Shown: positions 27,456 through 36,679, counted from the stretch's first letter. The stretch: DNA of 38,574 nucleotides from an uncultured Dehalococcoidia bacterium (GCA_964414725.1 CAYPXS010000001.1:1-38574), one strand, 5' to 3'. A program made the numbers and translations. The notes: generated by a model from the sequence alone, not told the origin.

Positions 27456-28748
27456 CTAGTTTATGTAGCGAGAGTAAACATCTTTGCCAGCAAAGGTACA
27501 GCTTTCTCCCAACCTCTCTTCAATACGTATGAGACGGTTATATTTTGCAGTCCTTTCACCTCTCGCTGGTGCACCAGATTTTATTTGCCCAGTGTTCGTG
27601 GCCACAGCTAAGTCAGAGATCAAAGTGTCCTCCGTTTCTCCTGACCGATGACTCATGACAGTTCCCCATCCTACGGACTGGGCTAATTTGATAGCCTCCA
27701 TGGTTTCGGTTAGGGTACCAATTTGATTTGGTTTGATCAGAACCGCATTCGCTGATTGAGATTTGATCCCTTTTGCTATTCTAGAAGGATTTGTGGTGAG
27801 TAAGTCATCACCCACGAGCTGTATTTCACCGCCCAGTCTTTGGGTCATTTCTTCCCACTCATCCCATTCGTCATCTGCCAGGCCGTCTTCAATGCTAACG
27901 ATTGGATACTTAGCAGACCATCTTTGATAGGTTCTGGTTAGGTCGGTTCCTGAAACGGATATACCGTCACATTCTAGGTTATATAATTTGGTTTTTGAGT
28001 CAAAAAGCTCCGCTGCAGCAGTGTCGAGAGCGATGAAAAAGTGAACGCCACATTCGTACCCTGAATCAGATATTGCATCTACCAGAAGCTCCAGGGCTGC
28101 CTCGTTTGATGGGAGACTAGGGGCAAATCCTCCTTCATCTCCTACCGTTGTACTGAGATTCTTTGCACTCAGATTCTTTTGGAGAGATTGATAAACTTCT
28201 GAGCCAGCCCTTATGGCTTGTGCGAAAGTTTCAAATCCTGCAGGCACGATCATGAATTCTTGAATATCGCTGGAATGTTCAGCATGTTTACCGCCATTAA
28301 TCACATTTAACATTGGAACGGGAATAATGTGATTTTCTGATTTTGAAATTTGGGAAAATAGTTCCTTATTAGAAAACTTTGCAGCTGCTTTTGCTGCCGC
28401 CAGCGATACAGCTAAAATGGAGTTAGCCCCTAAATTACTTTTATTTTCCGTCCCATCTAATTCAATTAATTTTGAATCTAATTCTTCTTGATCGCAGACA
28501 TTCATACCTTTTATGTGTGGAAATATGATTTCGGTAATGTTATTGAGCGCTGTAAGTACGCCTTTTCCGTGGTATCGACTGCTATCTCCATCTCTTAATT
28601 CAACTGCTTCATATTGACCTGTACTTGCACCTGAAGGGACTGCAGATGTTCCTATCGATCCGTCTTTCAGTACAATATCAACCTCCACTGTTGGATTTCC
28701 CCTGGAGTCGAGAATTTCTCGTGCTTTTATATTGTCAATTGTTGTCAT
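27456..28748 (-). CDS. eno: Enolase (phosphopyruvate hydratase)
   Basis: It has AREILDSRGNPTVEV, IKPNQIGTLTE and SHRSGETED. I place the start at Met15 of the 444-aa ORF (MTTIDNIKAREILDS, position 28748) to match the usual enolase N-terminus. The ORF-track start 28790 and the ATG at 28766 remain possible. Confidence 0.93.
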   Translation of the reverse strand: MTTIDNIKAREILDSRGNPTVEVDIVLKDGSIGTSAVPSGASTGQYEAVELRDGDSSRYHGKGVLTALNNITEIIFPHIKGMNVCDQEELDSKLIELDGTENKSNLGANSILAVSLAAAKAAAKFSNKELFSQISKSENHIIPVPMLNVINGGKHAEHSSDIQEFMIVPAGFETFAQAIRAGSEVYQSLQKNLSAKNLSTTVGDEGGFAPSLPSNEAALELLVDAISDSGYECGVHFFIALDTAAAELFDSKTKLYNLECDGISVSGTDLTRTYQRWSAKYPIVSIEDGLADDEWDEWEEMTQRLGGEIQLVGDDLLTTNPSRIAKGIKSQSANAVLIKPNQIGTLTETMEAIKLAQSVGWGTVMSHRSGETEDTLISDLAVATNTGQIKSGAPARGERTAKYNRLIRIEERLGESCTFAGKDVYSRYIN

Positions 28749-29232
28749 TGTAGGGTCGACCTTCATTTTCACTGGCTTGAGAAATGGCAATTTCGATGGC
28801 TTTTTCAGGGCTATCTGCCACTATTATTCCACAATCTATTTTTTCTTCTCTTAGCAAGCTCCATGTGTTTAAGCCGATTACTGGCTTAGATTCTGAAAGG
28901 GCTAGCCCAATTTCAGACAACGTCCCGTATGCCCCACCAATAGCAATAATGGCCGCTCCTGCTCTAACTACTAACAAATTCCGCCCATTGCCAAGTCCCG
29001 TGCATATGGGAATGTCTATATATTCGTTGGAATCAAGAGGATCCAAGCCTGGTAGTATACCAATGGTGGTTCCGCCGCTTTCTTTTGCGCCTTTACATAC
29101 GGATCTCATGACGCCGCCTTGTCCGCCGCAAACTATAGTTACGTTAGCTTTTGCCAGCAACCGGCCTACCTCTTCAGCAAGTATGGCATTTTCGGAAGAT
29201 GCTGTGCTTTCACCTATAACAGCTATGATCAA
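28735..29232 (-). CDS. TIGR00725-family protein (SLOG/LOG-like Rossmann fold; function unknown)
   Basis: 165 aa. It has IAVIG, VCGGQGGVM, GILPG and IAIGGAYGTLSEI, the SLOG-type pattern. Its stop overlaps the proposed eno start by 14 nt. Confidence 0.72.
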   Translation of the reverse strand: MIIAVIGESTASSENAILAEEVGRLLAKANVTIVCGGQGGVMRSVCKGAKESGGTTIGILPGLDPLDSNEYIDIPICTGLGNGRNLLVVRAGAAIIAIGGAYGTLSEIGLALSESKPVIGLNTWSLLREEKIDCGIIVADSPEKAIEIAISQASENEGRPYNDNN

Positions 29233-29265
29233 ATGTCACCTTATTAGAAATGCCACAACTGAAAC

Positions 29266-30198
29266 TTATTGTGCTCCCGCCATAACATCTATTAATTCTT
29301 GAACAGCTTCGGCTGATTTTCTAAGAGCAATCAGTTCGTCATCATTCAAGTTTAATTCCACAACTTCTTCTACGCCATTGGCGCCAAGTTTTACAGGGAC
29401 CCCCACATAAAGATCATTAATACCATATTGACCTTGCAAATATGCTGTACAGGGAAGTATTTCCTTTTTGTCGAAGATAATAGCTTCAACCATTTGAACT
29501 ATTGATGCGGAAGGGGCATAAAATGCACTCCCTGTTTTAAGGTAGTTAACTATTTCTGCTCCCCCATCCCGTGCTCTTTGTACAATTTCTTCTAACCTTT
29601 TGGGGTCAATTAATTTCGACACAGGTGTTCCTGCTACGTTGGTACTTTCAACCACAGGTACCATTGTGTCTCCATGCCCACCAAGAACGTATGCAGACAC
29701 TGAATTCACTGATACGCCTAGTTCTTCCGCAAGGAAAGTCCTGTATCTTGCTGTATCTAATATTCCAGCCATACCTACAACTCTATTGGAAGGGAATCCA
29801 GTGACAGTTAGGGTCTGTTGAGCCATGGCATCTAGAGGGTTTGTGACTATCAAGTGAACACTGTCTGGGGAAAATTTTGCTGTTTGTTCAACTACACTAG
29901 ATACTATTTTCATGTTGGTGAGTAATAAATCATCTCTGCTCATACCCGGTTTTCGGGCTATCCCAGATGTAACAACAACAACATCAGAATCCGCTGTTTC
30001 TTCGTATCCGTTGGTTCCAACTATCTTTGCATCTGTTCCTAAAATTGGTCCAGATTCCAGCATGTCTAATGCTTTTCCTTGTGGTAATCCGTCGACTATA
30101 TCGACTAACACCACATCGGAATAGCCCCTGTCAAAAATTCGTTGTGCCGTGGTGGCGCCGACGTTACCTGCTCCAACAACAGTTACTTTGTTTCTCAT
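29266..30198 (-). CDS. mdh: Malate dehydrogenase (LDH-like type)
   Basis: 310 aa. It has [23 protein letters not shown] (Arg at the substrate-specificity position), LDTARYRTF and GGHGDTMVP. Confidence 0.93.
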   Translation of the reverse strand: MRNKVTVVGAGNVGATTAQRIFDRGYSDVVLVDIVDGLPQGKALDMLESGPILGTDAKIVGTNGYEETADSDVVVVTSGIARKPGMSRDDLLLTNMKIVSSVVEQTAKFSPDSVHLIVTNPLDAMAQQTLTVTGFPSNRVVGMAGILDTARYRTFLAEELGVSVNSVSAYVLGGHGDTMVPVVESTNVAGTPVSKLIDPKRLEEIVQRARDGGAEIVNYLKTGSAFYAPSASIVQMVEAIIFDKKEILPCTAYLQGQYGINDLYVGVPVKLGANGVEEVVELNLNDDELIALRKSAEAVQELIDVMAGAQ

Positions 30199-30261
30199 TT
30201 AATCCCTCTATGTTTTTATTTCAAATAATCTGATTCCGTTCGTATCCACAATCATGTATTA

Positions 30262-32109
30262 CTACATGATTATAGCCAATAGGTCTCCCTTCGAAACAGT
30301 TTGCCCTGGTTCCACGTGCAAGGATTGGATGCTGCCATTTTTAGGTGCAGGCAGAGTGTTTTCCATTTTCATGGCCTCTAAAACTGCCACAGGATCACCT
30401 TGTTTGACTTCTTGTCCCACTTCCACTAGGTATCTCAAAATTACACCAGGCATAGGGGATTGTAGCTGCCCATCAGAATTTTTTGCAGGACCATTAACTG
30501 ACGGTTTTGTGTCGTTATTTTTTTGAGTTTTTATGCCATCAGATATTGCTATTGAGTTTTGGTCAGTAGGGTCAACTTCTACTTTGAATAAAGTGTCATC
30601 TATATATACGTTGAATGAACGGATATTTGAGCTTTTTGTGGGGGGATGCCCCTCTACTTTGGAGTTAGCGTTTGCACTCTCTGGTCGTGTTATTTCAGTG
30701 TCTCTATCCGGATCTTCTTCTGGTGAGTCTATTCCATACTTTATACGGAGGAATTTCATTCCTGTGGTGGGATATAAGGCATAAATTAATACGTCATCAA
30801 TATCTGTAGTGATGTCCTTCAATCCATCTTCTGCTTTTTCGAGTTCAGGCTCTAAAAGATTTCCGGGTCGTTCCGTGATGGTGGTCATTTCCGTTGCATT
30901 TTCTGATTCGAAAACGTTTGCTTTGACTGACATATCGACCTTTCCTGGTGGCCTTCCGTACATACCATTCAAATATTCTTTAACCTCATTGGAAACCATT
31001 TGATATCGGCCAAAAATGACATTACTAACCGCTTGTGATCCTACCATTTGGCTCATGGGAGTCACGAGAGGAGGGTAGCCGAGTTCTTTTCTCGTGATAG
31101 GTATATCTTCCAGGACGTCCTCTAGTTTATCCAGTGAACCTACTTCTCTAAGTTGTGAAATTAAGTTGCTTGCCATTCCGCCTGGGATCTGGTGACTCAA
31201 AACTTTAGCGTCTATCACAGCAGCCCTCGGCGTTTCCATATATTTCTTGTATTTGGGCAAAATTGATTCCATATAATCACCTAGACCTATAAGAGTATCC
31301 AAGTTCAATTTAGGATCATATTCTGTTCCTCGCAAAGTGACTATGAGGGGTTCTACAGCTGGCTGTGAGGTTCTTAATGCTAGAGGTGCCAGGCATGTAT
31401 CTACTACGTCAACTCCTGCCTCAATGGCCTTGAGAACTGTCATCGAAGCCATGCCGCTCGTATAGTGAGTATGCAATTGAAGCGGGACATCTATCACATT
31501 TTTCAACTCAGAAACTAATTCAAATGCATCATATGGCGACAGTAGTCCGGCCATGTCTTTGATACAGATGCTGTCTGCCCCCATATTCTGGAATGATTTG
31601 GCTCTCTTTAGGTAGTAATCCAAATCGTAAATTGGACCTTCCATTTTCCCGCTTTCTGTGACGGAATAGCAGATTGTCATTTGCAGATGTTTTTGGTTGT
31701 TTTTAACTGCAGCAGCAGCTTTTTCGAGGTTCCATTCGTCATTTAACGCATCAAACACTCTAAAAATATCTATCCCATTGACGGCAGATCTTTCTACAAA
31801 GGCTTCCACGACATCATCGGAATACGCCTTGTAACCTACGAGTGACTGTCCTCTCAACAGCATTGACAGGGGCGTCTTAGTGATGAGTTTTTTAAAGCTT
31901 CTTAAACGTTCCCATGGGTCTTCAGATAAAAATCTGGTAGCAGCGTCGAATGTAGCCCCTCCCCAGACTTCCATTGAAGCGAAACCAACTTGATCCATTT
32001 CAGACGCGATCGGTTCCATATCTTCCATTTTTAATCTGGTGGCAAGAAGGCTTTGATGAGCGTCGCGGAACGTAGTGTCAGTTATTCCAAAAGATTTAAG
32101 TGTAATCAT
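30262..32109 (-). CDS. Oxaloacetate decarboxylase alpha / pyruvate carboxylase subunit B / transcarboxylase 5S-type carboxyltransferase fused to a C-terminal biotinyl carrier domain
   Basis: 615 aa. The N-terminal HMGL-like barrel has [12 protein letters not shown] and [11 protein letters not shown] Pro/Asp/Ser-rich linker follows. The C-terminal biotinylation motif is LEAMKMEN. Confidence 0.88.
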   Translation of the reverse strand: MITLKSFGITDTTFRDAHQSLLATRLKMEDMEPIASEMDQVGFASMEVWGGATFDAATRFLSEDPWERLRSFKKLITKTPLSMLLRGQSLVGYKAYSDDVVEAFVERSAVNGIDIFRVFDALNDEWNLEKAAAAVKNNQKHLQMTICYSVTESGKMEGPIYDLDYYLKRAKSFQNMGADSICIKDMAGLLSPYDAFELVSELKNVIDVPLQLHTHYTSGMASMTVLKAIEAGVDVVDTCLAPLALRTSQPAVEPLIVTLRGTEYDPKLNLDTLIGLGDYMESILPKYKKYMETPRAAVIDAKVLSHQIPGGMASNLISQLREVGSLDKLEDVLEDIPITRKELGYPPLVTPMSQMVGSQAVSNVIFGRYQMVSNEVKEYLNGMYGRPPGKVDMSVKANVFESENATEMTTITERPGNLLEPELEKAEDGLKDITTDIDDVLIYALYPTTGMKFLRIKYGIDSPEEDPDRDTEITRPESANANSKVEGHPPTKSSNIRSFNVYIDDTLFKVEVDPTDQNSIAISDGIKTQKNNDTKPSVNGPAKNSDGQLQSPMPGVILRYLVEVGQEVKQGDPVAVLEAMKMENTLPAPKNGSIQSLHVEPGQTVSKGDLLAIIM

Positions 32110-32134
32110 ATAATCAGGCGAATCCTTGCATTAT

Positions 32135-32326
32135 TTATAAGTACCGGTTCTTGCCAGTCCAACCTCCTATCTGGCTGTTATGAGAATATGGCATATCATC
32201 TAAGAGGGCATATCTCCAGGGGGATATTAGTTTTTTGTTATTTTCCTCAGAACGTCTTGTGGCATGATTCAGATACATGTGAATTGCTGCTGAAATTGCT
32301 GCTATATGCTTCTGGCTTGGTTTCAT
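32135..32326 (-). CDS. Small 63-aa protein wedged between the two carboxyltransferase genes. It is possibly an OadG-like or epsilon-like accessory subunit.
   Basis: It fills the 222-nt gap almost exactly (5 nt after the 12S stop, 25 nt before the 5S start). It has an IAAISAAIHMYL segment that resembles the AAIAAAI motif of small decarboxylase/carboxylase subunits. Its SD is weak (AGGGA, short spacer). Confidence 0.4.
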   Translation of the reverse strand: MKPSQKHIAAISAAIHMYLNHATRRSEENNKKLISPWRYALLDDMPYSHNSQIGGWTGKNRYL

Positions 32327-32331
32327 AATCC

Positions 32332-33894
32332 CTATAAAGGTATGCTTCCATGTTTTTTCGGGGGCATATTATCTCTTTTGTTTGCAAGCATCCTAAGTGC
32401 CTTAATAACTTTTGCCCGTGTTTCCCCAGGTTCTATAACATCATCTATCATACCCCTGCTGGCAGCTATATATGGGTTCATCAAGTTATCCTCATATTCC
32501 GACACAAGTTCGGCGGTCAACTTTTTCGGGTCATTCGAATCTCTTATTTTTGACCGGTGAATTATGTTTACGGCTCCTTCAGCCCCCATAACGGCAACTT
32601 GTCCGGTCGGCCAAGAGTAGTTGATGTCACCTTTAAGGTTTTTACTACTCATCACAATATATGCTCCGCCATAAGCCTTTCTTGTCAGAATGCTTATTTT
32701 GGGAACTGTGGCTTCGGCGTATGCGAATATCAGTTTTGCTCCGTGTCTAATGATCCCGCCGTATTCTTGAGAGCTACCGGGCAAAAATCCGGGGACATCT
32801 ACAAAAGTGACTAACGGAATGTTGAAAGCGTCACAGAATCTTACGAATCGTGCAGCTTTGACAGATGCATCTATATCTAAAACTCCCGCGTGATGGTTAG
32901 GTTGCTGTGCAACGATTCCTACCGGTTTGCCCCCAAATCTAGATAGTCCAACTAAAATGTTAGGAGCAAAATTTTCGTGAATTTGAAGGAAGTCTTCGTT
33001 GTCTACGACGGCATGAATTACGTCCAGCATATCGTAAGGCTGATTAGGGTTATCCGGGATTATTTTATTCAAGGCGTCCGTATATCTATCTACAGGGTCG
33101 GTAGATTCAGAAACAGAGGAATTTTCCATGTTGTTTTGCGGTAGAAAACTGAGTAGATCTTGAACTTTAGAAATACAAGATTGCTCAGTCTCTTCTGCGA
33201 AATGAGCTACACCACTCTTTACAGTGTGAGCTTCACTACCCCCTAGATCTTCATGGGAGATTTCTTCTCCGGTCACGGCTTTTATTACATCAGGGCCGGT
33301 TATATACATCTGTCCAAGGCCCTCCACCATAAAAATGAAGTCCGTCAGGGCAGGGGAATAAGTTGCTCCTCCTGCCGCGGGTCCCATCATCACTGATATT
33401 TGTGGAATAACACCGGAGGCCATCACGTTTTTTTGGAAAATAGCTCCATATCCGGATAGACTGTCCACACCTTCTTGGATTCTAGCTCCACCGGAATCTA
33501 TTAGGCCGACAATTGGAGCACCGTTATCCATGGCTCTGTCCATGACTTTACATATTTTGTTCGCCACTGCCTCTGATAACGAACCTCCCAGAACGGTAAA
33601 GTCCTGAGCATACACAAAAGTGAGCCTTCCGTTTACTTCTCCATATCCGGTTACAACCGCGTCACCGAGATACTGCTGGTTTTCTAAACCGAAGTCAGTA
33701 GATCTATGCAATACGAAAGGATCCAATTCTTCAAATGTTCCGTCATCTAAAAGCAGAGCAATCCTTTCTCGAGCGGTTAATTTGCCTCTCTTGTGTTGAG
33801 CTTCTACCCGCTTGTCCCCTCCACCCTTTAAGCTTAGGGCTTTCTTAGCAAGTAACTCTTCGTGCTTTTTAGATGTTGAGTTTTCTAGTGACAT
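32332..33894 (-). CDS. Acyl-CoA carboxyltransferase (methylmalonyl-CoA carboxyltransferase 12S / propionyl-CoA carboxylase beta-type)
   Basis: 520 aa. It has the two crotonase-like CT domains (RERIALLLD, GGARIQEG, MGPAAGGATYSPALTDF, GGAYIVMSSK). Confidence 0.92.
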   Translation of the reverse strand: MSLENSTSKKHEELLAKKALSLKGGGDKRVEAQHKRGKLTARERIALLLDDGTFEELDPFVLHRSTDFGLENQQYLGDAVVTGYGEVNGRLTFVYAQDFTVLGGSLSEAVANKICKVMDRAMDNGAPIVGLIDSGGARIQEGVDSLSGYGAIFQKNVMASGVIPQISVMMGPAAGGATYSPALTDFIFMVEGLGQMYITGPDVIKAVTGEEISHEDLGGSEAHTVKSGVAHFAEETEQSCISKVQDLLSFLPQNNMENSSVSESTDPVDRYTDALNKIIPDNPNQPYDMLDVIHAVVDNEDFLQIHENFAPNILVGLSRFGGKPVGIVAQQPNHHAGVLDIDASVKAARFVRFCDAFNIPLVTFVDVPGFLPGSSQEYGGIIRHGAKLIFAYAEATVPKISILTRKAYGGAYIVMSSKNLKGDINYSWPTGQVAVMGAEGAVNIIHRSKIRDSNDPKKLTAELVSEYEDNLMNPYIAASRGMIDDVIEPGETRAKVIKALRMLANKRDNMPPKKHGSIPL

Positions 33895-34019
33895 GTGGCT
33901 AGATTAAAATGTTAGATGGTTAAAGGTAATATTTAGGATACTAGTATGTTTCCCTGCTGGACAATTATAGCTCACCCAAAACAAGTATGTCAGGCATAGC
34001 ATGGAGTTGGGCATTTTGA

Positions 34020-34898
34020 TTGAGTCATCAAAACTTAGTTCGATTATATATTGGTAGTGTACATAAGGATTATTCTGGGTTGAACTTGTTTGATTGGGGA
34101 TCAAAAACTTACTTGATGGGAATATTGAATACCACTCCGGATTCTTTTTCTAATGATGGTGTTTATTTGGACGTGGATTTGGCGGTTGAGAAAGGAATCC
34201 AAATGTTGGCCCATGGAGCAGATATATTAGATGTCGGCGGAGAGTCCAATAGGCCGAGTTCTATATATGGGGAAGTGGATAAAATATCGGTGGACGAAGA
34301 GTTAGATAGAGTTATTCCGACTATATATGCGTTGGCGAAGCAGGCAAATTGTCTACTCAGTATTGACACATATAAGTCAAAGGTTGCTGAAGCCGCCATT
34401 GCAGCTGGAGCCCATATGGTAAACGATATATGGGGGCTGTCTAAGGACCCAGAAATGGCTACTCTAATCGCCGATACGGGAGTTTATGTTGTGTTAATGC
34501 ACAACGCTGAGGAATCAGAATACGGAGATGTGGTTTCAGACACTTTGGACTTCCTAAAAGCTCAGGTGGGATTTGCAGTAGATAATGGAATACACCAAGA
34601 TAAAATCATCATAGATCCAGGGATTGGTTTTTCTAAAGGAACTACCGAGAATCTCGAAATTTTAAATCGATTGGGTGAATATAAAAAAATAGGACTGCCT
34701 TTACTTGTGGGCACGTCTAGAAAAGCCACAATTGGCCAGGTTTTAGATTTGTCAGTTGATGATCGGATTGAAGGTACTGCTGCCACCGTAGCAGTAGCTA
34801 TCACACGGGGAGCAGATATGGTTCGGGTTCATGATGTAAAAGAGATGAACCGAGTATCTAAGATGACCGATGCAATCGTGAGGGGGGATAGACATTAA
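34020..34898 (+). CDS. folP: Dihydropteroate synthase
   Basis: It has MGILNTTPDSFSNDG, LDVGGESNRP, VNDIWG, DPGIGF.K and GTSRK. The start is uncertain. The ORF track uses TTG 34020. TTG 34080 (AAGGA 12 nt upstream) would give the more typical 12-aa lead before MGILN. Confidence 0.9.
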   Translation: MSHQNLVRLYIGSVHKDYSGLNLFDWGSKTYLMGILNTTPDSFSNDGVYLDVDLAVEKGIQMLAHGADILDVGGESNRPSSIYGEVDKISVDEELDRVIPTIYALAKQANCLLSIDTYKSKVAEAAIAAGAHMVNDIWGLSKDPEMATLIADTGVYVVLMHNAEESEYGDVVSDTLDFLKAQVGFAVDNGIHQDKIIIDPGIGFSKGTTENLEILNRLGEYKKIGLPLLVGTSRKATIGQVLDLSVDDRIEGTAATVAVAITRGADMVRVHDVKEMNRVSKMTDAIVRGDRH

Positions 34899-34917
34899 AA
34901 ATTTAAGTGATGTATAT

Positions 34918-35403
34918 GTGGGTTTAGGAAGTAATCTGGGGGATAAAGAAGCCAGTATTTTCCAGGCTACCAGCATGCTAACCTCCATTTGTACGGAATT
35001 GGAGTCATCAAAGGTATATGAGACCACCCCAAAAGGATTTTCTAATCAGCCAAACTTTTTGAATTCTGTATGCAAATTATCAACTACCTTGAGTCCTTGG
35101 CTTTTCCTCCACCACCTGAAGGAGATAGAGGTACATTTGCATAGACATAGAGTATTTCCTAACTCACCGAGGACTATCGATTTGGACATTTTGATATGGG
35201 GGAATTTTATTGTTCGGAGTAAAATTTTGACTCTTCCGCACCCGAGAATTCAAGAGAGGTTATTTGTTCTGGAACCCTTGTCTGAAATAGCACCTGACTT
35301 AATTCATCCGGTGCTGAATATGACAGTTGGCCAGTTGATTTGTGAATTAAAAAAGGCTCAACCATCGGACATATGTATACCCGTAGGGAATCCAGGTGGG
35401 TAG
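34918..35403 (+). CDS. folK: 2-amino-4-hydroxy-6-hydroxymethyldihydropteridine diphosphokinase (HPPK)
   Basis: It has GLGSNLGDKE, YETTP, NQPNFLN, PRTIDLDIL and HPR. The 5' end is probably upstream of the listed GTG (see findings). The 3' end is firm. Confidence 0.88.
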   Translation: MGLGSNLGDKEASIFQATSMLTSICTELESSKVYETTPKGFSNQPNFLNSVCKLSTTLSPWLFLHHLKEIEVHLHRHRVFPNSPRTIDLDILIWGNFIVRSKILTLPHPRIQERLFVLEPLSEIAPDLIHPVLNMTVGQLICELKKAQPSDICIPVGNPGG

Positions 35404-35410
35404 TTTGGGT

Positions 35411-35596
35411 TTACTTGCTGCGTAATTCTGGAGGGAGCAGGTTTGGGATCGAATTCTCGATTGGGAATATTTCTCCGCATCCGGTACAGACCAACTTTCC
35501 CCGAATTATGTCATCTTGCTTTTCTATATCGGTATGGACATCAAAGTTAGATTTGCATAAAGGGCATCTAATGACATCCAGAAACGATTTTTTCAC
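35411..35596 (-). CDS. Trm112/UPF0434-family small zinc-ribbon-like protein
   Basis: 61 aa. It has LDVIRCPLCK ... LVCTGCGEIFPIENSIPNLL, the characteristic Trm112p-like pattern. Confidence 0.7.
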   Translation of the reverse strand: MKKSFLDVIRCPLCKSNFDVHTDIEKQDDIIRGKLVCTGCGEIFPIENSIPNLLPPELRSK

Positions 35597-35623
35597 GAAC
35601 TAACCTTTATGAATATTTTTATA

Positions 35624-36124
35624 TTAATTTGATACAGCTGCCATGTAAATCATGTTCAACAAATCTGATAAGAGGTATACCACTAACCCTAGTAGCAACA
35701 CCAAGTTATAACCGGTTGCAATTTTTGTAAATTGTCTTAGGCGGCTTTTCCGAGTATTGTCGCAATTTGTTTTAACATAAGCTGCTTTCGGGTGGCGCTT
35801 GGCTCTTATCAGATAGAACATCATTGCCACAAAAATGATTTTGAGACCTAGTATTAATGCATATTGGTAACCGATATTTCCAGGGGTAAGTCGGTTAAAT
35901 GCCATAATCGCACCGGTCGTTAAAAGGACGAATATACAGGTGTCAACCAATCCTCTGAATTCAGAGGAAATTTGGCTTTGTAAGCGTCCGGTAAAATCCG
36001 AGTCAAATTGTCTTGTAGAAGGGTTTAAGACAAGAATCCAGAAAATACTGCCTCCAACCCATGCTCCAGCAGATACAAGATGGGTCCACCTGACGAAAAG
36101 ATGGAACAAGTCAGTTATATCCAA
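35624..36124 (-). CDS. Integral membrane protein, CopD-like (about 4 TM helices)
   Basis: 166 aa. It has the motif WTHLVSAGAWVGGSIF typical of the CopD-type domain, then three further hydrophobic helices. Confidence 0.6.
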   Translation of the reverse strand: MDITDLFHLFVRWTHLVSAGAWVGGSIFWILVLNPSTRQFDSDFTGRLQSQISSEFRGLVDTCIFVLLTTGAIMAFNRLTPGNIGYQYALILGLKIIFVAMMFYLIRAKRHPKAAYVKTNCDNTRKSRLRQFTKIATGYNLVLLLGLVVYLLSDLLNMIYMAAVSN

Positions 36125-36127
36125 ATT

Positions 36128-36679
36128 TTAATCCTCAGATTTTTGTATATCCGTAAGTTTTTGTTTAAGTTCTTCGGCATTTATCTCTCCCTGCCAATAA
36201 TCCGCTATGTTTCCCTTCGAATCTACAAAAATAGTGGTTGGATAAACGCTGATTTGGTAATCTACCGATACTTTTCCGGTTGTGTCAGGGCCTACCGCAA
36301 AATCTATACTTTTCTCATTTACAAAATTTTGCCCATCTTCCATCGAGTCGAGTCCAATAAGTTGAACAGCTACAACATCTACCTCATTTTTATGTTCCAA
36401 ATAGAACTTGTTAAGTTGCGGCATTTCCGCAACACATGGAGGGCAAGAAGGGAACCAAAAGTTTATAAATGTAGGTGATCCTTTCCGTTGGTCTAAGTTG
36501 AAGGCGTCGCGTTCAGTATGGTCGGTTGTACTGTATAGATCTATTGTGAATGGTGGTGCTACCTGGGGAGGGTCGATAAGCGAACAGCCCGTGATTATCA
36601 GGAATGTAATTGCCAACGATAATAGAGGGTTCATAGGATGAATTTTAGAATTATGTTTTTGTTTAAGAAGCACCATCAT
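36128..36679 (-). CDS. TlpA/ResA-like thiol-disulfide oxidoreductase lipoprotein (thioredoxin fold)
   Basis: 183 aa. It has a basic n-region, a hydrophobic core, and the lipobox IITGC. Its active site is WFPSCPPCVAEMP. Its ATG overlaps the sbcD stop (ATGA). An alternative start is Met16. Confidence 0.8.
   Translation of the reverse strand: MMVLLKQKHNSKIHPMNPLLSLAITFLIITGCSLIDPPQVAPPFTIDLYSTTDHTERDAFNLDQRKGSPTFINFWFPSCPPCVAEMPQLNKFYLEHKNEVDVVAVQLIGLDSMEDGQNFVNEKSIDFAVGPDTTGKVSVDYQISVYPTTIFVDSKGNIADYWQGEINAEELKQKLTDIQKSED

Noticed and set aside
28784-29302. 172-aa plus-strand ORF, with similar long antisense ORFs at 4155-4577, 4871-5320, 24555-24899, 26203-26586, 36080-36478 and 36791-37183
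   Set aside because: All lie fully antisense to genes with strong family signatures. They have Ser/Pro/Leu/Phe-rich shadow-frame composition, no SD, and no recognisable motifs. They are typical shadow ORFs.
30239-30250. DnaA-box-like 9-mer GTATCCACA near the mdh start
   Set aside because: It is a single copy with one mismatch to TTATCCACA. There is no cluster, no AT-rich unwinding element and no dnaA or dnaN nearby. It is not an origin.
33895-34019. THF riboswitch upstream of folP
   Set aside because: I saw no recognisable conserved THF-riboswitch core or extended pairing in the 125-nt region. It is AT-rich and looks like plain promoter DNA.
33904-34104. 66-aa minus-strand ORF in the carboxyltransferase/folP divergent region
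   Set aside because: It overlaps the folP 5' end, has no SD and has low-complexity composition. The region is more likely to hold the divergent promoters.
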